DNA from: Marsupella aquatica
Taxonomy: Eukaryota; Plantae; Marchantiophyta
Length of the DNA: 64,000 nt
Reading direction: 5' to 3'
Assembly: GCA_973895155.1 (NCBI GenBank)
Contig: OZ316892.1
Span: 11,782,238 to 11,846,237 of the forward strand
Part shown: positions 35,261 to 49,151 of the stretch, one piece after another
Position numbering within the stretch: position 1 is the first letter of the stretch
Layout: each line of letters opens with the position of its first letter
Position numbers and translations under genes: made by a program
Notes under the pieces: generated by a model
Databases searched by the model: none
Told to the model about the DNA's origin: nothing
What the model saw: only the letters and a program-made list of their open reading frames with translations

Positions 35261-36949
35261 TAAGAAGATCAGGAAGTACTGGTAAGATCAATTTTTTCAT
35301 AGTATGGAGTCCAAGGGGTTCTAATGATCTTACATTTCTATAGGTTGGCTTTTTCAGAAACAAGCTAAATTTGTAAAAATACAAGCATTTTGATGTAAAA
35401 GCTGATACGTCATTGACAAAACATCCGATTCATTATTTTGTTTGACCCTGTTGGTTGTTATTTAAAGATTTGCTTTTTTCAACCGGGTCTCATTGTTTTC
35501 ATGAACAATTGTGTTTGTTTCTTATTGAAAAAATCATTGTTCCTGTTTGTGGCCAGATGTTTTGCTTGCATTGCTATGGACATTCGTGTTTGTTTCTTAT
35601 TGAGAACATCATCGTTCCTCTTTGTGACCAAATGTGCCATGTGGCTCCAAATGGTCCCATGGGGTTTGTAAAACATCAAATTGATTGTTTTATCTACCTT
35701 ATTGTTTGTTATTTGGAAATCTAATTTTTTTGATCTTTTTAGAGTTTATTGGGTCCCACTATTTTTCCTTGCCACATGTCAAACACAAATAATTCTATGG
35801 TTGTGTGGTATAGTAGTTCACCTGAGTTGAGACTCATAGATATAGAGTTGTGACTGTTCCCTTTAAAACTAAAATAAATATTCAAAATCATGTTTATTTA
35901 TTTATTATGATTTGGTGACAAAATGTGCCAATGTGGTTGCACGTGGTGCCAAATATTGTGGTTGCACGCCGTGCCAAAGATTCTAGAAAGAATTTTCCCA
36001 AGTAGGTCTGTAAAGAGAAATAAAGCAAAAATACTATCAGAGCAATAGTGTGATGCGCTTCAAATAGTTTGAAGGAAAATCAAATTCCCATAGACCATAC
36101 ATTTGACAAGTTTCTCACATAGAGTTTGATGGACTCAATAACACCTTTCTTTGGAATGCGTGTCGGAACTTCATTAATGTCCAAATATATTCATCATGAC
36201 AAACCTTATTCGGCCCTGCTTGTCACATTTTGGGAGGACAAAATAATGTACTGTTTTACTTTCTTACGAATATTATTGACTAAATTATATAAATTCTGGA
36301 AAAGTAGATCCACCAGGATTTGCTTGGGGGTTCTGACGGCTTAAGTCAACTATGGTGGACCAACAAGGAGTACCATCTGAGAATCAAATTTAAGATGAGA
36401 TGAAGATTCAAATAACGCGTTTCTCCTACATATTTTATGTACAAATCCTTGTAGGCCAAAAAATATTTGTCCTTCATAGGTCTTAGGGTGGATCATGGGA
36501 GCATCAATTTCGGATGAGGTCATTGGTAGGAGACTTAAATAACGCGTTCCTCCTACTCTCAGTACACATATAATATCTTTTTTTAAAGGTTTGTCAATCA
36601 GTCCTTAGGATAGGTAAGGCCTGATGGACCTGCTCACCCAGCTGTGCATGAGATAGTGGAGACAAACAACACTTTTTTTTTGGCATGAATGTACATATTT
36701 CTTTTTGTCCCAAAAAATGTTTTTGTCAGTCCAAAGTATGTGTCTCTCTTCTGTTGGACCAGCTGTGCATGAGTTTGGGCTAATGGTAGGTCAAAGGTGG
36801 TAGCAGCTGAGCATCAACCGTGTGCTAGAGGAGTAGAGGTCATCAAAACGTAGTTCATCTACGTCAGCTAGACGTCATAGTTAGAGGGTACTACGCAACA
36901 TTTACAATAGTTATGCTGTCCACCAGCAGCCAGATATGTATTGAGGATA

Positions 36950-37350
36950 ACACAGTGATTTAAACAAAATATCTGGGCTTATCATGGTATGAAGTGATGT
37001 ATTGAGTATTGCACTCAATGACTTACAACAAAATATAGGCTTATCATGACATGCATTGACATAGCCCTACAAAATATCTGGGCGATGTATTGAGAAATGC
37101 ACTCGAGGACTGCAAACAAAATACAGGTTTATCATGACATGAAGTGACATAACACTCATTGATTTAAACAAAAATTCTGGGCTTATCATGGTACCAAGTG
37201 ACATAATACATGGGGTGTTGTTACATTGCTGTGACATAGCACTCAGTGATTTAAAAACAAAACATCTGAGTTTGATCCTGGGTATGAAATGACATAATAC
37301 ACCACATGTTATCATACTTAAATGTGAAGTGCACTTTGTGATTTGAATAA
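36950..37350. repeat. Degenerate ~60 bp tandem array
   Basis: Recurring aaaatatctgggcttatcatggtatgaagtgacata / cactca.tgatttaaa. Confidence 0.65.
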
Positions 37351-38459
37351 AACATCTATGAATTGACATGATACCCAGTATATCATCATTTTGATGTTAA
37401 GTCAAGGAGGCTGTCATTAAGTGAACTAAGCTACTAGTTTGTGCAGACTTGAATGAGCACATGCTACCCATCCGGTGCTTCGGATGCAAAAGCTTCCCAG
37501 ACTCTATAGAATGTTACTCAGTTTCTTTCAGTACCAGAGCTTCAGTTAATTCAGTACCAGAGCGAGTCATGCGAAAGTTTCACCAGATCCTTTTGCAGCA
37601 AATCCTAATACATTGGGGCCGTTTTGAAGAAATTGCTGTCAATGGAGACGGATCACCTACTGAGGCTTGGCTTGGTTCAGCATTTGGTCAGTCCTCTCGT
37701 TATGCTGCAAGTGAGACACTCCTAGGCCTTCAAGAGATGCTTCTGGGAATGTGGACGACGAGAGAATGGCTAAGTAGAACTTTTGCAAGGATGACAGCTC
37801 CAATCATCAAATCAATGTGATGGGGTAGGATAAGTGCTTGATGTTACACAATATACTGTTTCCCAATCACCAAGCGTACCAATACACAGAGTCGCAAATC
37901 GGGTCAATCCTTAGCACCACGGAATCTCCAATGTCAAATTATGGCTGAGAAACTAGCTCGCACTGCAAATTGCCACAAGACTTCCCTTTGCTATTGCCTG
38001 AAACGTTGCTATTAACCCATGTATAATCAAAACCAATCTGGGCTCTTGCCAGCTTAGAAACTATCTCTGTGCCTGAAGATTTGCCCAAATATCTTCAGGT
38101 GAGGTGTAATTAGAATTCTAGAATTCGGAGGTCCTACTCGTGCGACTTCACAGTACAAACATTACTGTCCCCGCAACCAGAAAGACCCCCAGAAATCAGA
38201 AAAGAAAGAATTTTGTTTACTAAAGTTTGAAATGGGCCTCAATGACACACAGCTCTATTGGGACATTCCTGACTCGCTTGCCTCAGCCGCTTGTCGCATG
38301 CTCTTGTGCACACGAGATCAGGCCAGTATAACATCGTATGACTACACGTACAATCAGTCGAGTACAGGTTGTATGACGGAATAGCACATACGATCAATAA
38401 CCTCTAAAGGAAATGAAAATAAATAAATTTGAAAAACTACTCTGCCTGAGAGACGGTGA

Positions 38460-41400
38460 TCATTTGTCTGACTCCAAGACCTCTTGCTTTTGTTCTTGGG
38501 AGGAAAGGTGTGGGTGTTGGCGTCTCCAATCCATAAGATCTTCCGGACTTGGTTTCTGTGTGGCGCTTGTAGAAGTCTGATCTTCAGAAGAACTGGGTTG
38601 AGCTCCCTGAGGGGGTGCTATGAGCTGAGTATTGAGGGAAGAAGTCTCATTGCTGTTAAGATGAGATGCTCCAGGTCTTTGCGCAGGTGACATGGACCTG
38701 TTCCGAGGTACCACATTTATTCTGGGACCAGCACTGGCAGGTGACGGTGACCTAGTCGAGGTATTATACGTCATCGGGCTAGGCGATTTTTCCCTTGGAG
38801 GAGTTGATGATCCAACGTCCTTTTTCAGAGACATGACTGGCGACACATAGGGAGCCTTTCCTCGCACCCTGGACACATTGGCAGAGTTGTCAGCCACCTT
38901 GGGAATCACATCCACAGCAGAACATGTCACCGATAAAATAAAAATGGACCTAGCAGAGTAGGATCACAATTACCTATCCTTCCGCTTCTCCAGAAACCGG
39001 GCTAGCGATGCTTTCCTGGCTTGAGGTAGTTCTGTTCAGAAAATCACATACATTGGTCATTCGAGAGATGGGGAAATAAGACAAAAAAGGAAAAACTCAT
39101 GCTAGTGAATTTGAGCGATTACAAGAGTCCTCAAAACCGCATACCTGCATGCAGGGTTGGTCGTCCTGCCCCCTGCTTGGTGCCGGCTGCTGCTGAAATT
39201 GTCGCAACCAGTGGCGGAGACACAGGGGCCGCTTGTGATACAACAGCAACCGCTGGTGCTGGACCAGAGCGTGCAGGAGAATTTGATGATGATGCCATCC
39301 CTCCTGTAGAAGGGAGAACAGGGGCAGACAGAGGAGGGTTCATGGTACTTGTTGACCAGGAGCTCCCACTACCCGCAAGAAGCATGATTGCCTGCGCCTG
39401 CGCACAACAAATCGAATCCATCAACTCATCCGGCAATGTGGTGAAAAGCTGCGGTGCATCAATGTCGGCATACTTAAAACCAATTGAAAACTAGGAAAAC
39501 ATACAATACAAAGGTTCGCTATCGCCAAATTGGCAAAACTCAACAACCACTCAAATCCAGTAAGAGCTGATAAGTACTTTGTCAGCGGGTACGCCGTCAT
39601 AGACATTCACCACGCCTGAGTAGAAAATGGTCAGCTGAGCTGTGGGTGGCCTCCCAGGCAAGTGACTTTGGCCTGTAGATCTGTGAGTCATAAAACGAAA
39701 TAAATTCTCAATTTCTCGAGGATCAAGAGGTATCCAGAAACAGAACCCTCGTCTCATATAGAACCACACCGCCAGGAAAAAACAACATGATCTTCGTCTC
39801 CTTTCATTTTAAGGCACACAGCATTATATTCCCAACAAGTTTGCAAAGCACGAAATGCTAACGGAAGGTTACAGCATTCAATCAGAACTCCGAAGAGTTC
39901 CTGCCCATCGGTTCTATAATAAGTACAAACACTGCAGGGTGTATGGACTGTACAGTACCGAGACATTCCCAATGGGGCACCGCTTCCCTGTCCAGATTGA
40001 TTAGCTTGCAAGGGCCGTTGAGAGGGCTCTGTTATTTTAAGTAATTTGAGATAGTTGGGCAATGGGGAACCAAACCCCCCGGCTTGAGCGGGCTGCTCCT
40101 GGTTGGTTGGAGTCACGGCAGACGGATTTACAGCTCGCTCAGACGGGGACGCTCCTCCACCAACTTCTTCACTCAGAGGTGCCTGGGACTGCACGGTGTG
40201 CCATGGGGCTGACGAAACATTGCGAGCCCCCTGCATCGCAGACCGGACAGAGGAGGCAAGTTAGATGTTTCAAATCACAGGCACGAGGATTGCACTACAG
40301 TCTTGACAGCAAAACTCGTATCAATATGAGCTGATGCTGCACAACTGGGTGACCAGGCAAACTTTGACACGTAGCTTGTTGAGGAAAGACCTTCACTATA
40401 GTGAAAACAAGTAAGATAGTGCATCCCATTACAGTTCTGCAAGCTACATACATTGTGTCAACTGGGTAAAAAACTAGACTAGGCGGAACTTACGGAAGAG
40501 CTTGCGGGTCCACCTACATCATGCTGAAATGCTGACCCAGGCGGGGCTGAGAGAGAAGACGCGTCCGGCAGTGCGCTCTTACTGTAAGATCCTCCTCCTT
40601 TGCTTCCAAGCTTCTCCTCCTCCTTCCTGCTTTCCATCCGCAAATGGGATCTCGAAGTGGGTGGACCAGGCGTTTCTATAGCGTTTGAAGTGGGACGCAC
40701 CATTTCTGTACCATGTAGATTCAACTCCCTCAGCACCAGTTTACGGGAGAAGCAAACACTAGTATGACCAAGGGCACAACGCTCATGCGGATAAAGCTCT
40801 ATCAACGAGGAGAAGAAAATCCTTCCAAGAAACAGGATTGGTATGTGCGCTTCCTTGGCTTCATTCGTTCCTTTAACAGGTCCAAAAACATTTTCACAGT
40901 GGGTCTCTACATCGAATGCTCCGGAAAGGATTGGTAGAAGCAGCAGATCCGCGAAATGAAATCCGACGTGCCACAATTTAAACGAGTCATCACGAGTGCA
41001 AAGCCAACACTATCGGATCAAAGACACCCATCAACACAACAATGCTGATAGAATAAATTGCACTGGACAACCGTAGAACAGGAATCGACCCCTAAATGGC
41101 ACAGATTCTCCAACACTGAAACTACCAGACTCGTGACCCAAAAGGGAAATTGGCACCCAGCTTCTTCTACGTCTTTAAGAAGGCCATCCATCGCGACGTC
41201 CAAGCGAATAACAGAAATGGCGGTCGGAAATGAACGGCCTAATGAACGCAAGAAGCCAACATACCATACACCTTTCGGGAACGAATTTCGACATTGCAAA
41301 GCAGAAGATTTTGTCCGCAGTATGTTACGTAGTGTAAATTAACAAGACATCACAAATGGACACAGCTCGACAAAATCGATCCATCTGTTCGACAACCCGT

Positions 41401-41893
41401 TCTGAAATAGGAACACGTTAGCGGCCCTTAAGACAATGCTGTCCAGACCCATCTACTAATTGGGCGCCGGACAAAAAAAGCTCTCACCTCTTTCTTTGAT
41501 GATCTTCAGCATATAGCGTCGGCAGTCTTCTCCTGACAACTGCATGATTTCCGCGTCAGAAAGTTCCTCGACTCTTTTCTCGTCTGCAACAACGCTTCGC
41601 TCCGTCTCTTCCCCTTTTCCTACCTTGGAAGTCCACGGCGTGGCTTGAGCCAAAGAAAAGGTAAGACGACTACTCATATGGGAGCTATCCGTCCCAAGTC
41701 CGAGCCGTGGCAGTGAGGCATCATGTTCATCGTGCCCTGCAGATCCCCTTACAGAATCTGGTAGAGCCAGAAGAGAACCGGTGGTCTTCACTGACCTCTC
41801 TCTCTCCTTCTCCGCTTTCATCTCATTCTCTCTATCGCGAATACTTGTTTCCAAGCCCAGAAAATCAACCGCTACGACAGGTGCCCTCGCCAT
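38460..41893 (-). CDS. JAZ: JAZ/TIFY jasmonate-signalling repressor, 7 coding exons, about 570 aa
   Basis: Exons 41893-41488, 40705-40494, 40230-39959, 39680-39578, 39397-39145, 39031-38974, 38868-38460; all GT-AG and phase-compatible (1713 nt). N-terminal DFLGL; ZIM QLTIFYSGVVNVYD..ADKAQAIMLLA; Jas ELPQARKASLARFLEKRKDRVRGKAPY. Confidence 0.93.
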
Positions 41894-43372
41894 TGGGGCC
41901 GAGCTTAAGGAGCAGGACCTGCTGGCAAGTCAGGGTGCTCAGCTACCCAACGCACCGTACCTGGGGAAGCACTCAGCAACGGCGACAAGAGACAAACTGC
42001 AACTCTTTTTCTTGCATGATGTCCAACAGGATAGCCGAGGGCAAAGAGATCCGACTGCTCAGAGGGGTGCCATCACACACCAAACTCGAAAGTGCTGCCA
42101 GCCGATTCCTTGGAGCAGGCACTGAAAGGGCATGTGAAGACAGAATCAGTTAAAAGATACAAGACCAACAGCCTGATCCGCAAGCTCTCTCCTCCCTGGA
42201 ACCTGCCTTCTTCGCTCCTGAATTTCTGATGGACTGACCAACAGAATGGAAGTCTCGCAAGGCCGAAAGCGGAAGAAGGGCATGCAACAAAGGGAGGGTA
42301 AGCACTGACAGACCTGATAAAGCCTCCTGGGAGATGCGCAATTTCTCCAATCCGACCCCAAAGACTACAGCGAGAAGAAATACCGCGCTCAGGGGCCGAG
42401 GGTGGCACCGTAAAATGACATAATCGACCGCCGAACGAATAATTCCAGAGCTTCAGGGCCGAGACAACAGGAGAAACGAAGTGGGCACAGCATTGTGCCG
42501 ATATCAGCAAAGAGCCAAGGGTCGAGGCAATTTCGCCAATGAAAGATGACGCACAAAGCTCGGACAAGGCAGAGCCAGCCAATCAGGCAACCTAATGCAG
42601 CTTGCACGAGACGGGTGCTCTTTCCAACACCAACACAGTTGAAAGGCACAGAGGACACCACTACAGTAACAGCAGTAGTACGCGCATGGCAGCAAACGCG
42701 ACCGATAAATATCGCCAAAACTTTTCAGACGCACTCCGCCCGGATCGACGAACCGACGACAAACCGTGAGAAGAAACTCAAACCAGCAAAAGCTGACCGA
42801 CCCGGTTCACTACAGTATACTAAACACCGCCTCCATCCATCACCACTCGTTCCGATCACACACGGCACCGTGCTGCCTGGAATATCGGCGACACAAACAC
42901 CCACGAGATAAAAGCCTAGAGTAGCGTACGTGAGCCGCGGTCGGTCGAATGACCCAGCTCAAAAAGGCAATCCCACACGAGATCAATTTCGCATTTCCTC
43001 TCCAGCGCACGATGAAAGCACCTCCACAGCAGCGGAGCAGAGGAGCAGGGGAGCAGGAGGAGAGGCGACCGCTTCATCTCTCATCTAGGCTTCAGTCCGT
43101 TTCGATTCACCTCCGCATCAGATCTGTACAGTGAGCACCTTTGCATCGAGCAAGCAGCAGGTTGCAAAGCGCGACACACACACAGCACAAGAGAAAGGTG
43201 ATTTACACTCCAAGACTACAAGTCGTCAAGTCCAGAGCCGTCGTCGTGGTGTTGTAGTCCCTTCGTGTGGGGGGGCCGGCCGGAACCAACACGAGCAGAG
43301 AAACGGCGGGGGGGGTGGGGGTGGGGGGCCAGGGGGGCGAGGGGGCAAGGGGGGTAGGGGGGGGGAATAGAG

Positions 43373-43378
43373 CACGTG
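43373..43378. promoter_or_regulatory. G-box upstream of JAZ (candidate MYC site)
   Basis: CACGTG next to a G-rich tract, upstream of the probable 5' leader. JAZ genes are known MYC targets; function here is inferred. Confidence 0.45.
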
Positions 43379-43479
43379 TTCGTCGTGTCGAAGGGAAAAG
43401 GCGCTCCCTCGTTTTGCGGAACGATATGACTGGACTGTACGGTACTGGCTGCACAGTACGGGACTGACGGGTGTTTCGC

Positions 43480-46150
43480 TTGCCTCAAGTTACGGGACTT
43501 GCGAGCCACATTACTGCTGTCGGGAGTCAGCTTGTATGGCACTGTAGTACGACGTGAGGTCATGCGTAACTGTGCCCGAGGATGGACGGCGTAGTTAATT
43601 ACAGCGACTGGGTTCATTGACCTTGTAAACAGTGCCTTCTCTTGACTTGTGTGGGATTTCATGCTGCTATATCACTATATGGGATGCTTTTTACGTAAAG
43701 CTACTGTACATCTCACAAAAGCTATTTTTCAGGGCAGGTGTTGTATGTTTATTTAGGGAGTCTCAAAGCTACTTGAAATAGTGTTTTGAAATAGTGATAT
43801 GACATTCTACCATAAACTAATGGTTATAATTTTTTTCACAACGTTCTGAAATTATTATATAGTTTCTTTCACCAGCCTCTGCACTGACCAACTTCATCAC
43901 GAGGTTATGACATTTTAAAAAAATAAAAATTCAGTAGCCTCTACACTGACTAACTTTTTCACAAGGTTATGAGATTTTTATTTTTATTTTTCACTAGCCT
44001 CTACACTGACTAATGGAAATGGCATACAACCATAAGGCAAAAGTTATGGACTCTGAACTTTTTTGTCCATAAGTGTGTGAGTCCGTCACCCTTAACTAGG
44101 GAGTTAAGGTCCATCGAATTGTCAACTTTGAGACGCCCTATTAGAGATACAATTTATCCCTCGGTGTTCAACTTCCACCCAGAGTGTGTATTTTTCATGC
44201 ACAATGGTATCAAAGAAACATTGGACTCTCTTATTGAGACATAAATTTTCATAGGTGGAGATAACTGAGTGAGCAAGGGGCACAATAGGTCCACTCAAGA
44301 CCCTTGAAGCTTTTAGAGACTATTTGACCTTGTAAGTAGTGGCTTCATTTGTCATCATTACAAGACCAAAAAAGAAGCATGTTCCAGGATTACACAAAAT
44401 GATCACTTGACGGAGCATTCTCACTCGAAGTTAGCAGGATATCCTGTTCATGTTCCTTCAAGTTACTTGCGAGCCACATTACTAGTGTCAGCTACTACAG
44501 CATTGTAGTCAGGTGAGGGCATGTGTAACTGTGCAGATAATGGGCCACGTAGTTATTACAGACACTGGGCTCATTGACCCTCATTGACTTGTAAACAGTG
44601 TCTTGTCTTGACTTGTGGGATTACACAAAGCCATGGCTTAAGCTTGGGACTAACATTTTAGGGCCTCTTTGACCTTGTAAAGTAGTATTTTATTTGCAGA
44701 ATTGCTCAAAGTGATGGCTTAAGTTTGGGACTCTTTGTAAACCCACTTTGACCAAACAAATCCTGAGACTTGCAAAAATTAAAGAAAATGACAGCCTAAG
44801 AAACGTGAGCATTCTCACCCAAAGCTAGCAGGAGTACTCTACAGTTCAAGTATTGTTTGTGTTGGTTGAAGTTACGTGTGAGCCAAATTACTACTGTCAG
44901 CTACTACAGCACTGTAGTAAGGGTTTAATCACGTGTCACTTTGCAGTTTGTAAAAGAATGGAAGTCTAGTTATTACGGACACCTGGGATCATCAGCATTA
45001 AAAATCAATCAATCAATCAAATAACACAATATTGTGGGGTTTTCCCCTATTTTCTCCCCTTTATTTGGTCTCCATTTGGCGCATTTGTTTGGCAGTGTTT
45101 TATGTACTAATTACATAAAGCAGTCACTTACGTTTGGGACAAAAAATTACTTGTGCACATTTTAGTTAGGAAAGAACATAACTTATTTTGACCAGTAGCT
45201 TTTGATTACTTAAAGATAACTTTTACTGCAGTAACTGATGACCAACCCAACCACAATTACTCTACTTTAGGTGCTACTTGAAAGATATCTCGTGAAAGAA
45301 AACCCTCTTTGACCTTGTAAAGTAGAGTCTTGATTTGTGTAGTACACAAACTGACTGCTTACTGGAGCATTCTCACCAAAAGTTAGCAGGAGTATTATAC
45401 CGTCACAAGCCCAATGCCCATGCGTTGCATGAACACTGAGGGCAAGGCACAAAGGGACGGATGGGGACTTGAGGCACAAACGGCACAGAAAAAGTTTTGT
45501 GAAAGAGTACTATTTCTTCCCACCTGGATGATAATTTATAAACAGAAGATCACACAGAATGAGCTTGATTAGATGTTATAAGTTTTGATTCTGTTGTTTC
45601 TGATCCCTCAAGTTACTTGATAGCTACATTAGTAGTGTTAGATACTAAAGCACTGGAATAGGATGTGAGGTCATAACAATGCAACCATTTAGTTTCTGAA
45701 ACTCTTGGCTGGCTGTTACATACATGGGGCTCATTGATCTTGTAAAACAGTGTCTTGATTTGTGGAATTACACAAACTGAAACTTAAGTTTGGGACTAAC
45801 AACTTTTAAGTACATTATCACTAAAGATGTTTGAATTTACAATATTGCCACTGTTTTCTTGTTGTATTTACAAAAATGTCACAGTTTCCGTATATGGGTT
45901 ACCTTGGTAAACTTGTCATCCATATACAAAACCATGGCATTTTTATAAATACAGAAAAAAACAGTGTGATGAATTAGAACATCTTTAGTGGCAAAGTGAT
46001 GAACTGTTGGGACTAATTTTCAAACCCTCTTTGACCTTGTAACATAATCTCCTAAGATATGTAGTATTACACAATGATCCAAAGTTAGCAGGAATATTGT
46101 ACTGTCTGCTGTTTCAGTACGTTCAAGTTACTTGGGAGCTACATTACCCG
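43480..46150. repeat. Degenerate long-period repeat array upstream of JAZ
   Basis: caagttac..gagccacattact..tgtcagcta near 43485, 44459, 44868, 45608 and 46124; ctctttgaccttgtaa..aaagttagcagga near 44320, 44665, 45304 and 46025. Confidence 0.7.
45804..45996. mobile_element. MITE-like hairpin element, copy 2
   Basis: Reverse-complement homolog of 1134-1337; interrupts a unit of the repeat array. Confidence 0.7.
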
Positions 46151-49025
46151 GGTACTAATTAGGTTCAATGTTAGTAAAAATATTTTTAAGAACTGTTATC
46201 TAGCATGCATTGGGGCGGGAAACTATTTGCGACCCGGAAAAGGGTCGACAAGGATCTTTTTAATGTTTAACTTTTACTCATTTTCACTGGGGTCTATGAA
46301 ATCCCGGGTTGTCTTTGACAATACTGTTGACAATACTTTTGAGATGTTCAATCCGGCAACATGAAATTCTGGCCCAAAATAAGGCTTGCTTTAGGAAGGG
46401 GATGCAAGCTAGGACAATGCACTGACACTCTGCTGAATGCCAACAGTGATGAATTCCAATTGCTGAATTACCATAATCAAGACCTATTCCATTTTCTGTT
46501 TTGATCTCCCAACTGCTTCCAATATCTTTGATTGGCTTTGAATCACATTACAGTAATATTTTGGATTTATAGTCTGAACATTAAACAGCATTGTGGGTCA
46601 CATTGCCTCAAAAGTTGTTTGGAATAACAAACTTGTGCCTCACTTTTTTGTGTATTTATCAAAGTGACAAACTCTTAGTACAACAGTGCCAACTTCAATT
46701 GTCTTTGTGACACAAAACAAGGTGGCAGATTGATAACTAAAATAAAGCAATGGCATTTTGTAACTATGCACATTTCCTTGGAATGTATTCTCTATATAAT
46801 GTTCAGGCGTGAAAACCCCACGGGAAGGGGGAAACAAGCACCCAGTAAAAGAATAAGTAAGGACACAACTCCACCAAGGAGGGGGGTAAACTATTTCATC
46901 AATTATCAATCTTTTAGCCCTAAACTTTTGTGAATCTTAGTTGAGTAGCTAGGATGGGGCCTTTGCACCTCAGTCTATGCATCTCAGTTGGGCAGCCTCA
47001 CCGAGATAGATGTATGGACAAAAATGCAAAAAAATAACCAATTGGGGAAAAAGTTGGAAAAACAGTTGGGACAAATCCCATGTCCGTACCATACGGACGT
47101 AGCCCATCTCAACTGACCTCGCCGAGATGGGGTGTCAATACGGTATGGATGCCCCATATGAAAAAACATTCTCCTGCAATTTTGATGAAAAATTTCTTTT
47201 TCTGCATTTTTTTCATGACACAACTCAGTTGCCTCTCTAAGATGACATGGCAACTGATATCAGGGTCACTAATGTACTTGACTGATGTCCGATGAGATTA
47301 CTTTTCTCCCAAAGAGGCTAGAGAAACAATGGTAACAATAGGAGACCATCCCCGGCGAGACCAAGGGACCAAACCAGGGCAACCTAGGAGAGCCCAAGAC
47401 CAACAACAACCCCGCAAGCAGAAAGCGGGGCACCAGCCAATTTTCAAGCACTCTATAGCGTTCCCTAAATTCATCCTCAAATAGTGCCAGAGATAATATG
47501 GCTACAGACATGAGTCAGCCAAGTTCTATGTTACGCATGGTTCCACTCCTTGGCTCGTAGTAAACACCTCTGATTCTGCCCAACAGGAGACCGCCTGCCT
47601 AAAGCTAGTAGGTGGTCTGCCACCTCCAAGAGGACTAGACCCAAGTCAAATTAAGGTCTTGCTGCCACCAAGCTTAAACATGTGTTTGTTGCGGCCCAAC
47701 CACAGTTGCCACAAAACCTGATAGAGAACAGATGACTTGGCAGCGTTCACACATTCCTTCCCCCATAAAAGCGTAAATTAAAAAGAACCACCACTCCCCT
47801 CCCAGTTGGCAACCGAAGCTCCTGAAGACAAATCTCACACAATTGCTACCACATTGAGATTCTGTGAAGAGGAAGCCAATAATGATACAGTACACCTCAA
47901 AAAAGTTGTGGCTCTTGCATGCCAAAAAATTAGACCCCCATGGCTCCATCCATACTCTACTTTATTTGCTCTTAGACATATTCATGGACCAGGTTCTATT
48001 AAAGCAATCATTTCTGCTATTTTGGGTCTCATAAACGGATATCCAGACAAATTGCTATTCTGAAGTCCTCATGGGGTTCAACTCTATCCACCATCTCCAC
48101 TGATTGGCACCAGGGACCATGTCAACTTTGCAAGAGTTCACCCCCCTTATAATCTCAAACAAGCCTTGGCCTTCTCCCATTGTTCCATCATATATCCACG
48201 CATATTATGCCACCTGCGGTAGATCCTCCCAACAATTTTCCTTGGCCAACCAACTGTTCCTGATTGTTCTCATCCCTAGTCTCTCCAAAATTGCAGCAAC
48301 TCCAGAAATGTACTCATTGGGTAGGGGGTTGAAATCAACAATGCAATGAAGGGTGCCAATGATACTCCAGCATACGGCAATCCCCACTCACCCAGGTTCC
48401 AATGACAGATGAGCCCCTATGAGCTCCAGGCCTTCCACAGTCGATGTGTACAGCAATTTATCACATGATCCCCGACATGATCATAGTGAACAGAGTAATA
48501 AATTGTCTCTGAAAGTGTAATGATTCATTCTTTGAAATCTAATAAGCTTTACTCCAGATTTTGGAACTTAAAGCCCAGATGGACCGAGACATTTAGCATA
48601 TAGCCCCAATGGACAAGACAAACCTGCATGGACTGGGCACAAACCTGAAAATGTGTTTGGGTACTGTTCATACCCATTATGTCATATGACCCGTGACAGT
48701 AAGTTCCAGTTGAATTTCCCGGTCAACGAGTCCGTTCAGCCGGTCACTCCATCCAGTCTCATTTCTGGCTTATTTCTGGCATCGGTGACAAGCCAGAGTT
48801 AGCTTTACGCCTGCTCTGGAAGGTGAGAGCAGTGTTTGCATGGAATCTTTCGCTTTTTCAATGAAATTTGACTCGATTTTGGAACCTATAGCTAATCCTT
48901 GTGTTGTACAATGTTGCTATGAAGCATCGCCTTGTTGTGTGGTAGACAAAGTGGTCCCTGAGAAGAAAGAAAGGGCTGAGCTTGTGCTTTCTTCAAACGT
49001 CCAAGGTTGGCAATCCCAGAACCGA

Positions 49026-49151
49026 TAAAGCTTTGGAATAAGCATGTGTAATGAGATGAAATAATCCAGCTTTGTAAGATCCCATACCTAGAGCTAAAAT
49101 CATATATCCTAGTTGTGACATTGTGGAATAGGCCAAACCCTTTTTCAAATC
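49026..49151 (-). pseudogene. ndhF: Plastid ndhF fragment (NUPT)
   Basis: Translates [42 protein letters not shown]. Confidence 0.9.

Noticed and set aside
34300-37350. CRISPR-like repeat arrays
   Set aside because: Units are degenerate without unique spacers, there are no cas genes, and the context is eukaryotic.
42073-42911. ORFs apparently conserved between 42073-42911 and 61130-61873
   Set aside because: The similarity is explained by the DNA duplication, and indels shift the frames between copies.
47300-48500. Possible LINE 3' remnant on the minus strand
   Set aside because: Trp/Cys-rich fragments are suggestive, but I found no RT or endonuclease motif, poly(A) or TSD.
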